The notes under the pieces are model-generated. The model was given only the letters and a program-made list of their open reading frames with translations, searched no databases and was not told the origin of the DNA. This document shows, piece after piece, positions 19,504-28,749 of a DNA stretch of 64,000 bases. Location: the NCBI GenBank assembly GCA_046482545.1, contig JAWOEX010000021.1, positions 1 through 64,000 on the forward strand, written 5' to 3'. This DNA comes from Candidatus Thorarchaeota archaeon. Lineage in GTDB: Archaea; Asgardarchaeota; Thorarchaeia; Thorarchaeales; Thorarchaeaceae. A program made the position numbers and the translations under genes. Each line of letters opens with the position of its first letter. The stretch's first letter is position 1.

Positions 19504-21152
19504 TCTACTACCTCCTTCAATCTCGGTAAGAGCCATTCTTTCGTGAGTGGATGTCCATCATATTTCAGAATTCTACGGTCCAGTTGTATACCTGTTTTCT
19601 CTCGGATGACATCACCAAGTAAACCAGTAACATTGTTTTCTACCAGTACTGTTTTCCCTGCGTTTTCAATCTCCTTCTTGACCTTCTCTGCGGGGAAGGG
19701 CGAGAGATACAGTATCTGAAGATAGCGCACGTCAGACAACTCCTTTAGTGTGTCGAGAATTGCGCCCTTCGTTGACCCCCAGCCAATGACTAGCGTCTTA
19801 CCTTCCCCATACGTCTTCGTGGTCTCGAATTTGTCTAATTCCTTCTGAAGACTTGTCATCTTCTTCTGTCTTTTTTCAGCCATTTTTGTTGCTATGCCTG
19901 ATTCTTCTGTCGTGTAACCCCGCTCAAGGTGTTCATCAGCATTAGCTTTCACCATTGGTCCTTGTCCAGGAACCGCTCTGCGGGATACACCTGTCTCGGT
20001 GAGTTCATACGCGTCAAGGTCTTCGGGTGGATTCTCTTCGATGTTCAGCTCTGGTTGAACCACAGGTTCAAGCAGTTCATCATACGTGAAATGACTTTCT
20101 GCCACATGTTTATCCCCAAGTAGAATTGCTAGCATTCGATATTTCTGGGAAAAATAGAATAACTCGGGAGTTTTCTGATACGCTTCCATTGCGTCACCAG
20201 GAGCCATTACAATCTTCGGGAATTCACCATGGGCAGGGTTCAGAGCAAACTTCAAATCTCCTTGGGCTTGGCGGGTCGCCATACCAACGCTCGGCCCCGG
20301 TCGTTGTGCCAAGTAGGCGACTAACGGAATTTCGCTCATGCCCTGAAAGCTCATCATTGCAGACATCAGAGCAAAACCACCACCACTAGTTCCAAGCATA
20401 CTCATTGCACCACTATAGCTGGCACCAAGGGCAGCATTAGCAACGGCAATCTCATTCTCTGCCTGCGTAACCAAGAAGTCGTATTCCTCTTGTTTCGATG
20501 CCAAGAAATGGAATACGGGAGTCGAGGGCGTCATTGGATAGGCTACATATACATCAAGACCTGACTTAATGGCCCCAAGTCCGATAGCTTGGCTTCCCGT
20601 CACAAAGTACTTGCCTTCAGCTTTCTTGATACCGAGTTTCTTGTGTTCCTCTACGAGCTCGTAACCTCTCTCAGCAGCTTTCCGGTTACTCTCATACGCG
20701 TCTGGAAACTCCTCTTTGAGTATAGTAAGAAGAGGATCGAGTTCCATCCCAATAGATTTGAACAAGGCACCAAGATAGACAGTGTTGGTCATTATCTTTG
20801 GAATATCAAGTTCTTTGACAACCTCATCGACTTCAAGAGAAATGAAATCTCCTTCTGTTTTCAATGAAGCATTACCGATGATGAAACCCTCTTCCGCCAA
20901 GTCCTGTTCATGATTTTCAAGCGTTCTTTCATCAAAGGCGATTATCACATCCGGATTTTCCCTGTGACTGTGGATTGGTTCATCCGAGACGGAAATGACA
21001 TTATAGCTGTGACCACCTCGAATCAATGACATGTAGCTTCTGTAATTGAAAACCCATGCACCCCACGCTGTGAAAGCTTCGCCAACTAGCTCCGCAGATT
21101 GGGCAATCCCATCTCCTGCCTCTCCGCCAATAAGAATAGTAAATTCAGTAAT
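19500..21152 (-). CDS. korA: 2-oxoacid:ferredoxin oxidoreductase alpha(gamma) subunit, probable ATT start
   Basis: IGGEAGDG, IRGGH, YPMTP, ENEIA, TSGGGF, QRPGPS. The conserved N-terminus lies upstream of the first ATG (21032). Confidence 0.92.
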   Translation of the reverse strand: MTEFTILIGGEAGDGIAQSAELVGEAFTAWGAWVFNYRSYMSLIRGGHSYNVISVSDEPIHSHRENPDVIIAFDERTLENHEQDLAEEGFIIGNASLKTEGDFISLEVDEVVKELDIPKIMTNTVYLGALFKSIGMELDPLLTILKEEFPDAYESNRKAAERGYELVEEHKKLGIKKAEGKYFVTGSQAIGLGAIKSGLDVYVAYPMTPSTPVFHFLASKQEEYDFLVTQAENEIAVANAALGASYSGAMSMLGTSGGGFALMSAMMSFQGMSEIPLVAYLAQRPGPSVGMATRQAQGDLKFALNPAHGEFPKIVMAPGDAMEAYQKTPELFYFSQKYRMLAILLGDKHVAESHFTYDELLEPVVQPELNIEENPPEDLDAYELTETGVSRRAVPGQGPMVKANADEHLERGYTTEESGIATKMAEKRQKKMTSLQKELDKFETTKTYGEGKTLVIGWGSTKGAILDTLKELSDVRYLQILYLSPFPAEKVKKEIENAGKTVLVENNVTGLLGDVIREKTGIQLDRRILKYDGHPLTKEWLLPRLKEVVE

Positions 21153-21173
21153 GAATTACGCCTCCTTACTTTG

Positions 21174-21386
21174 TTACTCTATCACGATAGCTTCTACAGG
21201 ACATTGACGTTCTGCAGTCTTGACACATTCCATATCGTCAGGAACTTCCCCAACATTCGGCTTATCGCCTTGATATTCCTCTGTAATTTGCGACTTGTAA
21301 TTGTCATCAAGCTCAAATACTGCTCCGCACAAACCTACACAGGTAGCGGAACCCACGCAAACATCCTGATTCACCTTCACTCTCAA
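21174..21386 (-). CDS. Monocluster ferredoxin (CxxSxxC...CP, [3Fe-4S]-type pattern)
   Basis: CVGSATCVGLC and QCPVEAI; TTG after GGTGG; first gene of the oxidoreductase operon. Confidence 0.88.
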   Translation of the reverse strand: MRVKVNQDVCVGSATCVGLCGAVFELDDNYKSQITEEYQGDKPNVGEVPDDMECVKTAERQCPVEAIVIE

Positions 21387-21526
21387 AGAGAAAACCACCA
21401 ATTAACTATGTTGAATAGCAGAAGAAAAAGTTTTCGCAATGTAGGTTTAACCAAGTTGTTGTCTTGGTCACGATTGGCAACACAACTGACTTATAATGAC
21501 GTAATCTTAGGTCGCAAGGATTCAAA

Positions 21527-22279
21527 GTGCAGCTACAATTGACAATACTCGAACTTGCTGTCCTAGTTAGTCTCACCGCCGGCCTAGCTACTGGAATTGG
21601 GGCTTTGCCAATCATCGCGAGACGTAAGCCAAATAGAAAGACTATCGATTTCTGGATGGGGTTCGCCGCAGGTGTTATGCTAGCTGTTGTTATGCTGAGT
21701 CTTCTTATGCCAGCTCTCGATGTTGCAGGGGTGTGGGTGGTATCTGCGTCATTTGCAGTGGGAGCTTTCATTCTGTTTTTGGCCGATCATATCATTCCAC
21801 ATGTGCATGATTCGAGATATGAGGGTAGAGAAACCTCAAGGACTGGAGTATGGTTACCAGCTATTGCCATGGCCATTCACAATTTTCCGGAAGGACTGGC
21901 AGTAGGTGTTGCTTTCGGGTCGAACAACATCAGTGTGGGCTTTGCTGTGGCTCTGGCCGTGGGAATACACAATATTCCAGAAGGTATGGCAATTTGTGCA
22001 CCCCTCACCACCGAATGCGAATCAAGGCCTAGGTTGTTCATGTACTCTATTCTTGCCGGTTTAGCAGAACCAGTAGGAGCACTTGTCGGAGTGATTCTGG
22101 TATCATCAATTGCTGGACTGATTCCCTTCGGATTAGCGTTTGCTGCAGGAGCCATGATTTACGTTGTAAGTGATGAGATGGTTCCCGAAAGCCATTCTGC
22201 GGGACATGAAAGCACAGCAACAACTGGACTCATCATCGGGTTTATTCTCATGATGGTAATGGAATCCATGTTCGCCTGA
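21527..22279 (+). CDS. ZIP-family (ZupT/GufA) metal transporter
   Basis: GFAAGVML, IHNFPEG, IHNIPEG, PHVH loop, EMVPESH. Confidence 0.92.
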   Translation: MQLQLTILELAVLVSLTAGLATGIGALPIIARRKPNRKTIDFWMGFAAGVMLAVVMLSLLMPALDVAGVWVVSASFAVGAFILFLADHIIPHVHDSRYEGRETSRTGVWLPAIAMAIHNFPEGLAVGVAFGSNNISVGFAVALAVGIHNIPEGMAICAPLTTECESRPRLFMYSILAGLAEPVGALVGVILVSSIAGLIPFGLAFAAGAMIYVVSDEMVPESHSAGHESTATTGLIIGFILMMVMESMFA

Positions 22280-22302
22280 GAAATAGCGACGGGCTATGGA
22301 CT

Positions 22303-22614
22303 CTAGCTGATCGCATTTTGCGGACAGGCGCTAATACAGACCCCGCAGTTTCTGCATCTCGAATATTCTATCTGTGCCTTTCCGTCAACGATACTTATTG
22401 CACCGGCAGGACAATTCTCAGCACATATGCCACATCCCACGCACTTTGATGGGTCTACAGTAGGTCTTTGAAATTGCCCGGTTTCTATACTGGTCTGCTG
22501 TGCTGTTAGAGATGATGGATAAGCAGTTCTTCTCACCCCAACTCGAGATGTATGGAATGGTCTACGAGTCCTGTGTCGTCCTGATCGTCTGCGGTTACGT
22601 CCTCTCATTGTCAA
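22303..22614 (-). CDS. 2x[4Fe-4S] ferredoxin with Arg-rich N-terminal extension
   Basis: CVGCGICAENCP and CRNCGVCISACP. Confidence 0.8.
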   Translation of the reverse strand: MTMRGRNRRRSGRHRTRRPFHTSRVGVRRTAYPSSLTAQQTSIETGQFQRPTVDPSKCVGCGICAENCPAGAISIVDGKAQIEYSRCRNCGVCISACPQNAIS

Positions 22615-22764
22615 GCCAATTCTGAACGTATGAACAATATTTGATTATGGGTGTAATAGGTTTTCGATGCCTGATAATGCGCCGGGCAACCACCACACCG
22701 ACAGCTTATTAGTAATTCAGAAAGGGCACTGAACCACGCGGAAAGTGTGCCAGAGTGATCTAGC

Positions 22765-23679
22765 ATGAATATCCTTCTGATAATTGCATGTCTCATTCTT
22801 GGATTGGTGCTCGGATATTCTGGCAGACTGCCGCAATTAGTATACAATGCTACTAATCGGATGACAACAGCAGGGCTCATTCTACTTCTTGCAGCAATGG
22901 GGGCTCAAGTAGGAGCTAACGATACTGTGATGAGTAGCCTAGCGACTATTGGAATTTCTGCACTTGCAATTGCAGTGTTTACCATTATAGGGAGCCTGAT
23001 ACTAGTAAAGCTCTTCGCTTCTCTGACGTCCTTCGAGATAAAAGGCGGAGATGACAGATTGGAAGAGGCTGGAGATGAGCGTTCGGTGACTATACTCGTT
23101 GTAGTCTCTGTTGTGATGGGAGTTCTTGTAGGCTATTTCTTGATACCCGATTCACTTCTTGGCTCTCTGAGTCAAGTGACTACCTGTGCTCTGGCATTTC
23201 TACTATTTGGATTCGGAATGGATATCGGACGAAAAAGAGAAATCCTCCAGAGTACCCAGTCCCATCTTTTCTTCTTGGGTATCCCAGTGCTCGTAGCTAT
23301 AGGCAGCATAGTTGGCGGGATTTTTGCCGGATTCGTTCTTGGTATGCCGTTGAATGAATCAGCTGCAGTTGGTGCTGGTTGTGGATGGTACAGTCTTTCA
23401 GGGGTTATCATCTCTGAGATGTACAGTGTTGAGCTCGGTTTACTTGCATTTCTGTCAAATCTGCTAAGGGAACTCATTGCAATCCTCATTTGCCCTGTTG
23501 TTGTAAGTCGACTTGGAAAAGTGGCAAGTATAGCTCCTGGAGGAGCAACTACCATGGACATCGGACTTCCCATCATAAGGGAGAGCGCCGGTGAGGAACT
23601 AGTCATACCAGCCTTCATCAGCGGAGTTGTACTCACAGGGCTCGTACCACTCCTGGTCCCCTTGCTAATCGGAATCTAA
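22765..23679 (+). CDS. LysO (DUF340) family exporter
   Basis: GCGWYSLSG, NLLRE, GGATTMD; multi-TM. Confidence 0.9.
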   Translation: MNILLIIACLILGLVLGYSGRLPQLVYNATNRMTTAGLILLLAAMGAQVGANDTVMSSLATIGISALAIAVFTIIGSLILVKLFASLTSFEIKGGDDRLEEAGDERSVTILVVVSVVMGVLVGYFLIPDSLLGSLSQVTTCALAFLLFGFGMDIGRKREILQSTQSHLFFLGIPVLVAIGSIVGGIFAGFVLGMPLNESAAVGAGCGWYSLSGVIISEMYSVELGLLAFLSNLLRELIAILICPVVVSRLGKVASIAPGGATTMDIGLPIIRESAGEELVIPAFISGVVLTGLVPLLVPLLIGI

Positions 23680-23814
23680 GATTCCAAACCCGACACATCA
23701 TGAAACTACTCTTCAACATATATCATTTCAAACATGATCTCGTGACACTCGTTCTCTTACATGATAAGATTCAGATTCACGATAAATGCTCAGAACAGGA
23801 AGGTTGCGAACATA

Positions 23815-23843
23815 AAAATGGGAAATGAGGGAAAATCCCTCAT
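23815..23843 (-). terminator. Hairpin terminator after nrdD
   Basis: atgaggga-aaa-tccctcat inverted repeat (23825-23843), followed on the minus strand by ttcccattttt. Confidence 0.55.
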
Positions 23844-23859
23844 AACGTCTCAAAGCCGA

Positions 23860-26004
23860 TTATACGGAATATCGGTGCCTGTCTAGGAATTCCTGCTTCT
23901 TAGAACTGTTCCAACTCGAGAAACTCTGGAGATACCCGGTGATCCGGGATATTATATCCACACCAACGTATCCGCACTTGGGACAGGGAATACGGGACAG
24001 GTCATCAACAGAAGAGAACTCGGCATTGCGCCAGTCGATACCTTCCTGATGGAAGCATGATGGGCAAGCAAGAATATCTTTCGTGAACGACCAGTAGGAG
24101 TTGAGTGTTTCTTCCGCAATCTTCCTTGTCAAAGCCCATAGAGCATCGGGGTCTGGGTTGGCTTCACCCAAGTAGACGTGGGTAAGGGCGCCTCCATCCA
24201 TGTAAGGATGGAACATTCCCTCTTTCTTAATTCGCTGACTCAGTGGAATATCGGCACCGACGAATAGCGTAGTTGAGTTAGTGTAATAGACGCTAGGATG
24301 ATCGCCCTTGAGATAGGGGCGTATTCCTTTATACTGACGATAGTCCTTGCGAGCCAAACGACCCGCTGCGCTTTCAGCAGGGGTCCGTGTTACATTGAAG
24401 CTGAGCCCAGTGTCCTGCTGGAACTGCCGCGCCCGTTTCTTTAGGTGCTTAAGGACTTTGATACCGAATTTGGTTCCTTCACGTTCATGCAAATGGTGTC
24501 CTGTCATGATGTGAACCATTTCTTCAAATCCAACTGTTCCAAGCAGGAATTCACGATCCTCCATGTTGATGAGTGGGTCGCCGTTGGGTTTGGGTTGAGT
24601 GTAGAACGGAACACTACCACTATCAATGAGTTGGTCCATACAATCTTTCTTCTCCAGCATAACTTCTTTGCAGAGATTAATGAATTCGTCAAGTTTCTCA
24701 AAGAATCGGTCTTCATCCTTCCGCCCGAGCCATGCAGCACGGGGGATATTCGGTGTGACCATCTGAGAGGCACCGAAGACCATGTTGCCAGTAAGGAATT
24801 CTTCCATTTCCTCATCGCTGCTGGCAGTCCACAAGTGTGAGCAACAACTACTGCAGCCAGCCTCGATTGAGCTCCTCCAGTTCAAGTAGTTCTCAAAATA
24901 AGGGCTTCCGTGCTTGGCTGTTAATTCACCGACAAGCCGCCAAGATTCATCATATTCAGGTTTCATGAATTCCTCGCGGAGGACAATATTCGGCTTCGGA
25001 AAATTGAAGCCTTTACCATTGGCGTCACCTTTGATCATGACTTCCATGAAGGCATTGAAGAACTGATTCGCCTCTTCTTCGAAATCACCATAAGTCAGAT
25101 TGGTTGTCTTACCCCCCGGCAAAACAGCCGGGACATCTCTCATGATTTTGGGAATTCCTGGCGTAAGGTCGATGCTGGAGAATATGACCTGTCCACCTCG
25201 TGCCACATACTGTTGAGTCAAAGTGAAAATGAGTTGTTGTGCTGCTTGCTTAATTTCCTCATACGACTTTCCTTGACAGAACGGTGCTAGGAAGGTATTG
25301 AAGAAGAAATACCCTTGGCCACCGGCGAACGAACTTTGAGCAGCTGCTAACCAGATGGCAGAATGATTGATGGCCACAGGCAAATGCACGGCGGGGCCAG
25401 CTTGTGAAGAATGCATCCCACCGAGACCATCAGGGGCGATACCGAGTTTTAGGATTTGACGAAGATCCCAGGTTGCACAGTAGTCTCGGGTAGAGAAATA
25501 CTCCCGATCCTTGATGTAGATGTCACCACTAAGATGAGCATCTGCCAGATGAGGGGGAATAGAGAGGAAGGTGTGCTGCTCCATAACATTGTCATGAACA
25601 AGCTTGGCGATTGTTTCGGGATTCCTCATCAGATTTGCATTGAAAGTATGATCACCTGTATCATGGATGAGCTTATTGACGTCCCACATGGGGATTCCAA
25701 CACGGGTGTAGCGGATTCGTTCTGTTTCTAGCCCAATCTCTGCAAGAATGCTGTTACACATTTCACGGATTAATGGGCCAGAAAGAAACTTGATTCCTGA
25801 AGCAGCAATCCTGTCCATAACTTTGACAGCAACGAGCTGAGCATCTGCGAGTGTGAGGTCGGCTTCTCGATGAAGACTATGGATGATTTTGTCGGCTTCA
25901 AAATCCTCAATTGTCCCCCCGGTTGTGCGAACATTAGGTAGTTTTTCTTCTCGTGCGGAGATTCCTTCGATACTCTCAGCTGTTGCTTCGTTAATGTCAG
26001 TCAA
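23860..26004 (-). CDS. nrdD: Anaerobic (class III) ribonucleoside-triphosphate reductase with ATP-cone
   Basis: ATP-cone, AHLSGDIYIKD, AGGQG, SCCSH, TPAES, YYTNS, CPSC/CPKC zinc site, glycyl-radical motif SRITGY. Confidence 0.95.
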   Translation of the reverse strand: MTDINEATAESIEGISAREEKLPNVRTTGGTIEDFEADKIIHSLHREADLTLADAQLVAVKVMDRIAASGIKFLSGPLIREMCNSILAEIGLETERIRYTRVGIPMWDVNKLIHDTGDHTFNANLMRNPETIAKLVHDNVMEQHTFLSIPPHLADAHLSGDIYIKDREYFSTRDYCATWDLRQILKLGIAPDGLGGMHSSQAGPAVHLPVAINHSAIWLAAAQSSFAGGQGYFFFNTFLAPFCQGKSYEEIKQAAQQLIFTLTQQYVARGGQVIFSSIDLTPGIPKIMRDVPAVLPGGKTTNLTYGDFEEEANQFFNAFMEVMIKGDANGKGFNFPKPNIVLREEFMKPEYDESWRLVGELTAKHGSPYFENYLNWRSSIEAGCSSCCSHLWTASSDEEMEEFLTGNMVFGASQMVTPNIPRAAWLGRKDEDRFFEKLDEFINLCKEVMLEKKDCMDQLIDSGSVPFYTQPKPNGDPLINMEDREFLLGTVGFEEMVHIMTGHHLHEREGTKFGIKVLKHLKKRARQFQQDTGLSFNVTRTPAESAAGRLARKDYRQYKGIRPYLKGDHPSVYYTNSTTLFVGADIPLSQRIKKEGMFHPYMDGGALTHVYLGEANPDPDALWALTRKIAEETLNSYWSFTKDILACPSCFHQEGIDWRNAEFSSVDDLSRIPCPKCGYVGVDIISRITGYLQSFSSWNSSKKQEFLDRHRYSV

Positions 26005-26008
26005 TCTC

Positions 26009-26311
26009 TTACACAACCCCTAAGTCCCTACGAATGCCTTCCACAGTGGGAACTTCGCCACTATATAGCAGCTTCAAATCTCCACCATTGTCTACGATGA
26101 TACTTGGTGTTGAAGCGATGAACACTTGTTCCTCTAGCAGACGAAACTCAAGGTCATCGTCCATCGTTCGGAGATTGACGGTCTCCACTGGTATGTCTGA
26201 ATCCTCGAATGCTTCTTCAACTACTGCTTCTGCAGCTGGACAGTTGACACAGCCTGGCTGCGTCACCAAATACAAAATTTTGTCAGTTCGAGTTTTCTCT
26301 CCCGGCGACAT
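26009..26311 (-). CDS. Glutaredoxin/NrdH-like redoxin
   Basis: TQPGCVNCP and cis-Pro STPSII; immediately upstream of nrdD. Confidence 0.85.
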   Translation of the reverse strand: MSPGEKTRTDKILYLVTQPGCVNCPAAEAVVEEAFEDSDIPVETVNLRTMDDDLEFRLLEEQVFIASTPSIIVDNGGDLKLLYSGEVPTVEGIRRDLGVV

Positions 26312-26757
26312 CTCAACACCCCACTAAAGCAGTGGTATACCTAATTCCTCTTGTTTGGAATAAAAAACTTGCCACCTCTCTAGAGACGCTCTATAGGCAT
26401 TCTATCGTATCCCAGCCAAGAATCGTTATTTCACGTGTCTATGTTTCGGCAGCAATTTAATCTCCTAGAATTGTTGTTTTGATTGAGGCAATAGAATTAC
26501 AGATTTGTAGTGTTAGAAGACATACTGACTGAACATTCTTCTAGTGAATATCTCCGTATTATGAAACAGAGGAAAATATCCATTTCGCGCGAAAGAACAA
26601 GTTGGCAGTAGAGTACTTGAATGGAAAACGGTTGAAAAAGAAGAAGATGGAAAAGAAAGAAAAGCTTCTACAACACCGACGCAAACAGTTGCTACACACC
26701 ACCAGTGATTATTGATTCCTGCAAACATCTGAGATGTATGACTGAGTTGTAAATATT

Positions 26758-27384
26758 ATGGCTACCTACATACGAGCTACTACAGCTGTAGAAGCTTGGA
26801 AAAGAATTATCCCAAAAATCATGAAGACCGGATTAACGCGTGTTGGAGAAAGAAATCTGAAGACGCGTTGGTTAGATAATGTGCTGATTCACCTTCTCAA
26901 ACCCTTTACTGGCAGAGTAAGTCCTGACTATCCTTTCAGTCAAAAAGTGTTACAGGAAAAATATGCCACACAATTACTCAATCCAGATAGACTCGATTTC
27001 GAATATACCTACGGAGAACGACTGAATGCGTGGGGGAATGAAGAAATCAACCAGCTTGATTACATCGTAAACAAAATCCAAGCAAACCCAAATAGCCGGA
27101 GGGCGGTCGCTACAACATGGGACCCACGAAAAGACGATAATGCTGATGAAGTCCCATGCCTGAACCACTTCGTCTTCATGATACGGGATGACCGTCTCGA
27201 TCTCTCGGTTACAATACGTAGCAACGATATGTATGGGGCATGGCCTGCGAATGTCTACGCCCTAAGTGAGTTGCTTAAGCACATAGCGGAACGAGTCAGT
27301 ATGGACACAGGGAAACTAACCACGCTATCAGTCAACGCTCATATCTACGAGCATGACTGGAAAAGCGCTGAAACCTTGAGTTAG
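26758..27384 (+). CDS. thyA: Archaeal-type thymidylate synthase
   Basis: YTYGERL, NSRRA, VPCL, RSNDM, AHIYE. Confidence 0.9.
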   Translation: MATYIRATTAVEAWKRIIPKIMKTGLTRVGERNLKTRWLDNVLIHLLKPFTGRVSPDYPFSQKVLQEKYATQLLNPDRLDFEYTYGERLNAWGNEEINQLDYIVNKIQANPNSRRAVATTWDPRKDDNADEVPCLNHFVFMIRDDRLDLSVTIRSNDMYGAWPANVYALSELLKHIAERVSMDTGKLTTLSVNAHIYEHDWKSAETLS

Positions 27385-27513
27385 TTGCCACGGCATATAA
27401 TGCTGAAAGACCTAGTGCTTCTTGGGGTTCATTCAAATACTCGTTCATCAAGTAATAAGTAGAATTGCCAGTGCTTGCCTATAGCGTGGCGGATTCTCCG
27501 TGAAGTGAGTACG

Positions 27514-28110
27514 ATGGATAATATCGATAGGCGATTGATACACATTCTGCAGCAAGATGGAAGGGAGAGCCTTACTGCTATAGGCAAGAAGCTCGGAATG
27601 TCTCATGTCGCCATTGGAAAGAGATTGAGCAAGCTAAGAGAAGAAAATGAAGTTCAAATCTCAGCTGGTGTAAATGCGGAACCACTTGATATCAAGATAG
27701 TCTTCATGGGTCTAGAAACCCAGAATATGGAAGTCGCTGACAGGATAGCCCGGAAGTACGGAGATTGCCCTAGGTTGCTGATGCTTGCACCAGTAACGGG
27801 CAGATACAATCTTTTTGCGATTCTTGTGGCCGAAGACACATGGAGCATGGAGAGCATAATCGGAACGTGCAGCATGGCTACAGAAGAGGGTATACGAAAT
27901 ACCGAAACTTGGCTCGGAAATGCCCCAATCATACCGCAGTATTTGCCTATCGATCTCGCACCGGAACGAAATAACAGAAATGAGTCACCATGTGGAAGGG
28001 ATTGTTCCGATTGCAAACGCTATATCATGGACAGATGTGTTGGCTGTCCCAAGACATCAGCATACAAGGGAAAACTTTGGATTCAGTCAGCAGGTAAGAA
28101 TATAGAGTAA
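27514..28110 (+). CDS. Lrp/AsnC transcriptional regulator with C-terminal Cys-rich metal-binding tail
   Basis: MDNIDRRLIHILQQDGRES HTH, VTGRYNL RAM domain, PCGRDCSDC...CVGCP. Confidence 0.85.
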   Translation: MDNIDRRLIHILQQDGRESLTAIGKKLGMSHVAIGKRLSKLREENEVQISAGVNAEPLDIKIVFMGLETQNMEVADRIARKYGDCPRLLMLAPVTGRYNLFAILVAEDTWSMESIIGTCSMATEEGIRNTETWLGNAPIIPQYLPIDLAPERNNRNESPCGRDCSDCKRYIMDRCVGCPKTSAYKGKLWIQSAGKNIE

Positions 28111-28152
28111 GAGTTAACTTTCGAAAAATAGTGGCATTCTGAAGTGAGGTAA

Positions 28153-28743
28153 ATGACAGACATTTTTGTACACCCTCTGGCCGTCGTTGAAGAAGGAGCC
28201 CAAATAGGGGAAGGGAGTAAGATATGGCACTTTGCTCACGTTCGCGGAACAGCAAAGCTTGGAACTTCCTGTAATCTGGGAAAGGGAGCCTACATTGACG
28301 CTGACGTTGAGATTGGTGATAATGTTAAGATTCAGAACGGCGTGTCCGTATACAAAGGTGTCAAAATACAAGATGACGTATTTTGCGGTCCTCATATGAC
28401 ATTCACCAATGATATGTATCCCAGAGCCTTCAGTGATTCATGGGAAATTTGCGAAACGCTGGTCAAAGAGGGGGCATCAATCGGAGCTCATGCTGTGATT
28501 ATCTGTAACATTGTCTTGGGAGAGTACTGTATGGTTGGAGGGGGATCTGTGGTGACCAAGGATGTTCCAGCTCACGGACTGGTGATGGGAAATCCAGCAC
28601 GATTGGTCGGATTCGTCTGTATTTGTGGTCAACCTCTTCACGATGAAATAGAGAAGAACGAAGACGAAGTCATCTTCCGGTGTTCGGAATGTAACCAAGA
28701 AACTGTTATTCCAGCATCGGATTACAATATGAAGGTCAGGTAG
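28153..28743 (+). CDS. Hexapeptide-repeat N-acetyltransferase (WbpD-like) with C-terminal zinc ribbon
   Basis: HPLAVVE, IWHFAHV, FTND, GNPAR, CICG...CSEC. Confidence 0.9.
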   Translation: MTDIFVHPLAVVEEGAQIGEGSKIWHFAHVRGTAKLGTSCNLGKGAYIDADVEIGDNVKIQNGVSVYKGVKIQDDVFCGPHMTFTNDMYPRAFSDSWEICETLVKEGASIGAHAVIICNIVLGEYCMVGGGSVVTKDVPAHGLVMGNPARLVGFVCICGQPLHDEIEKNEDEVIFRCSECNQETVIPASDYNMKVR

Positions 28744-28749
28744 TCGCTA

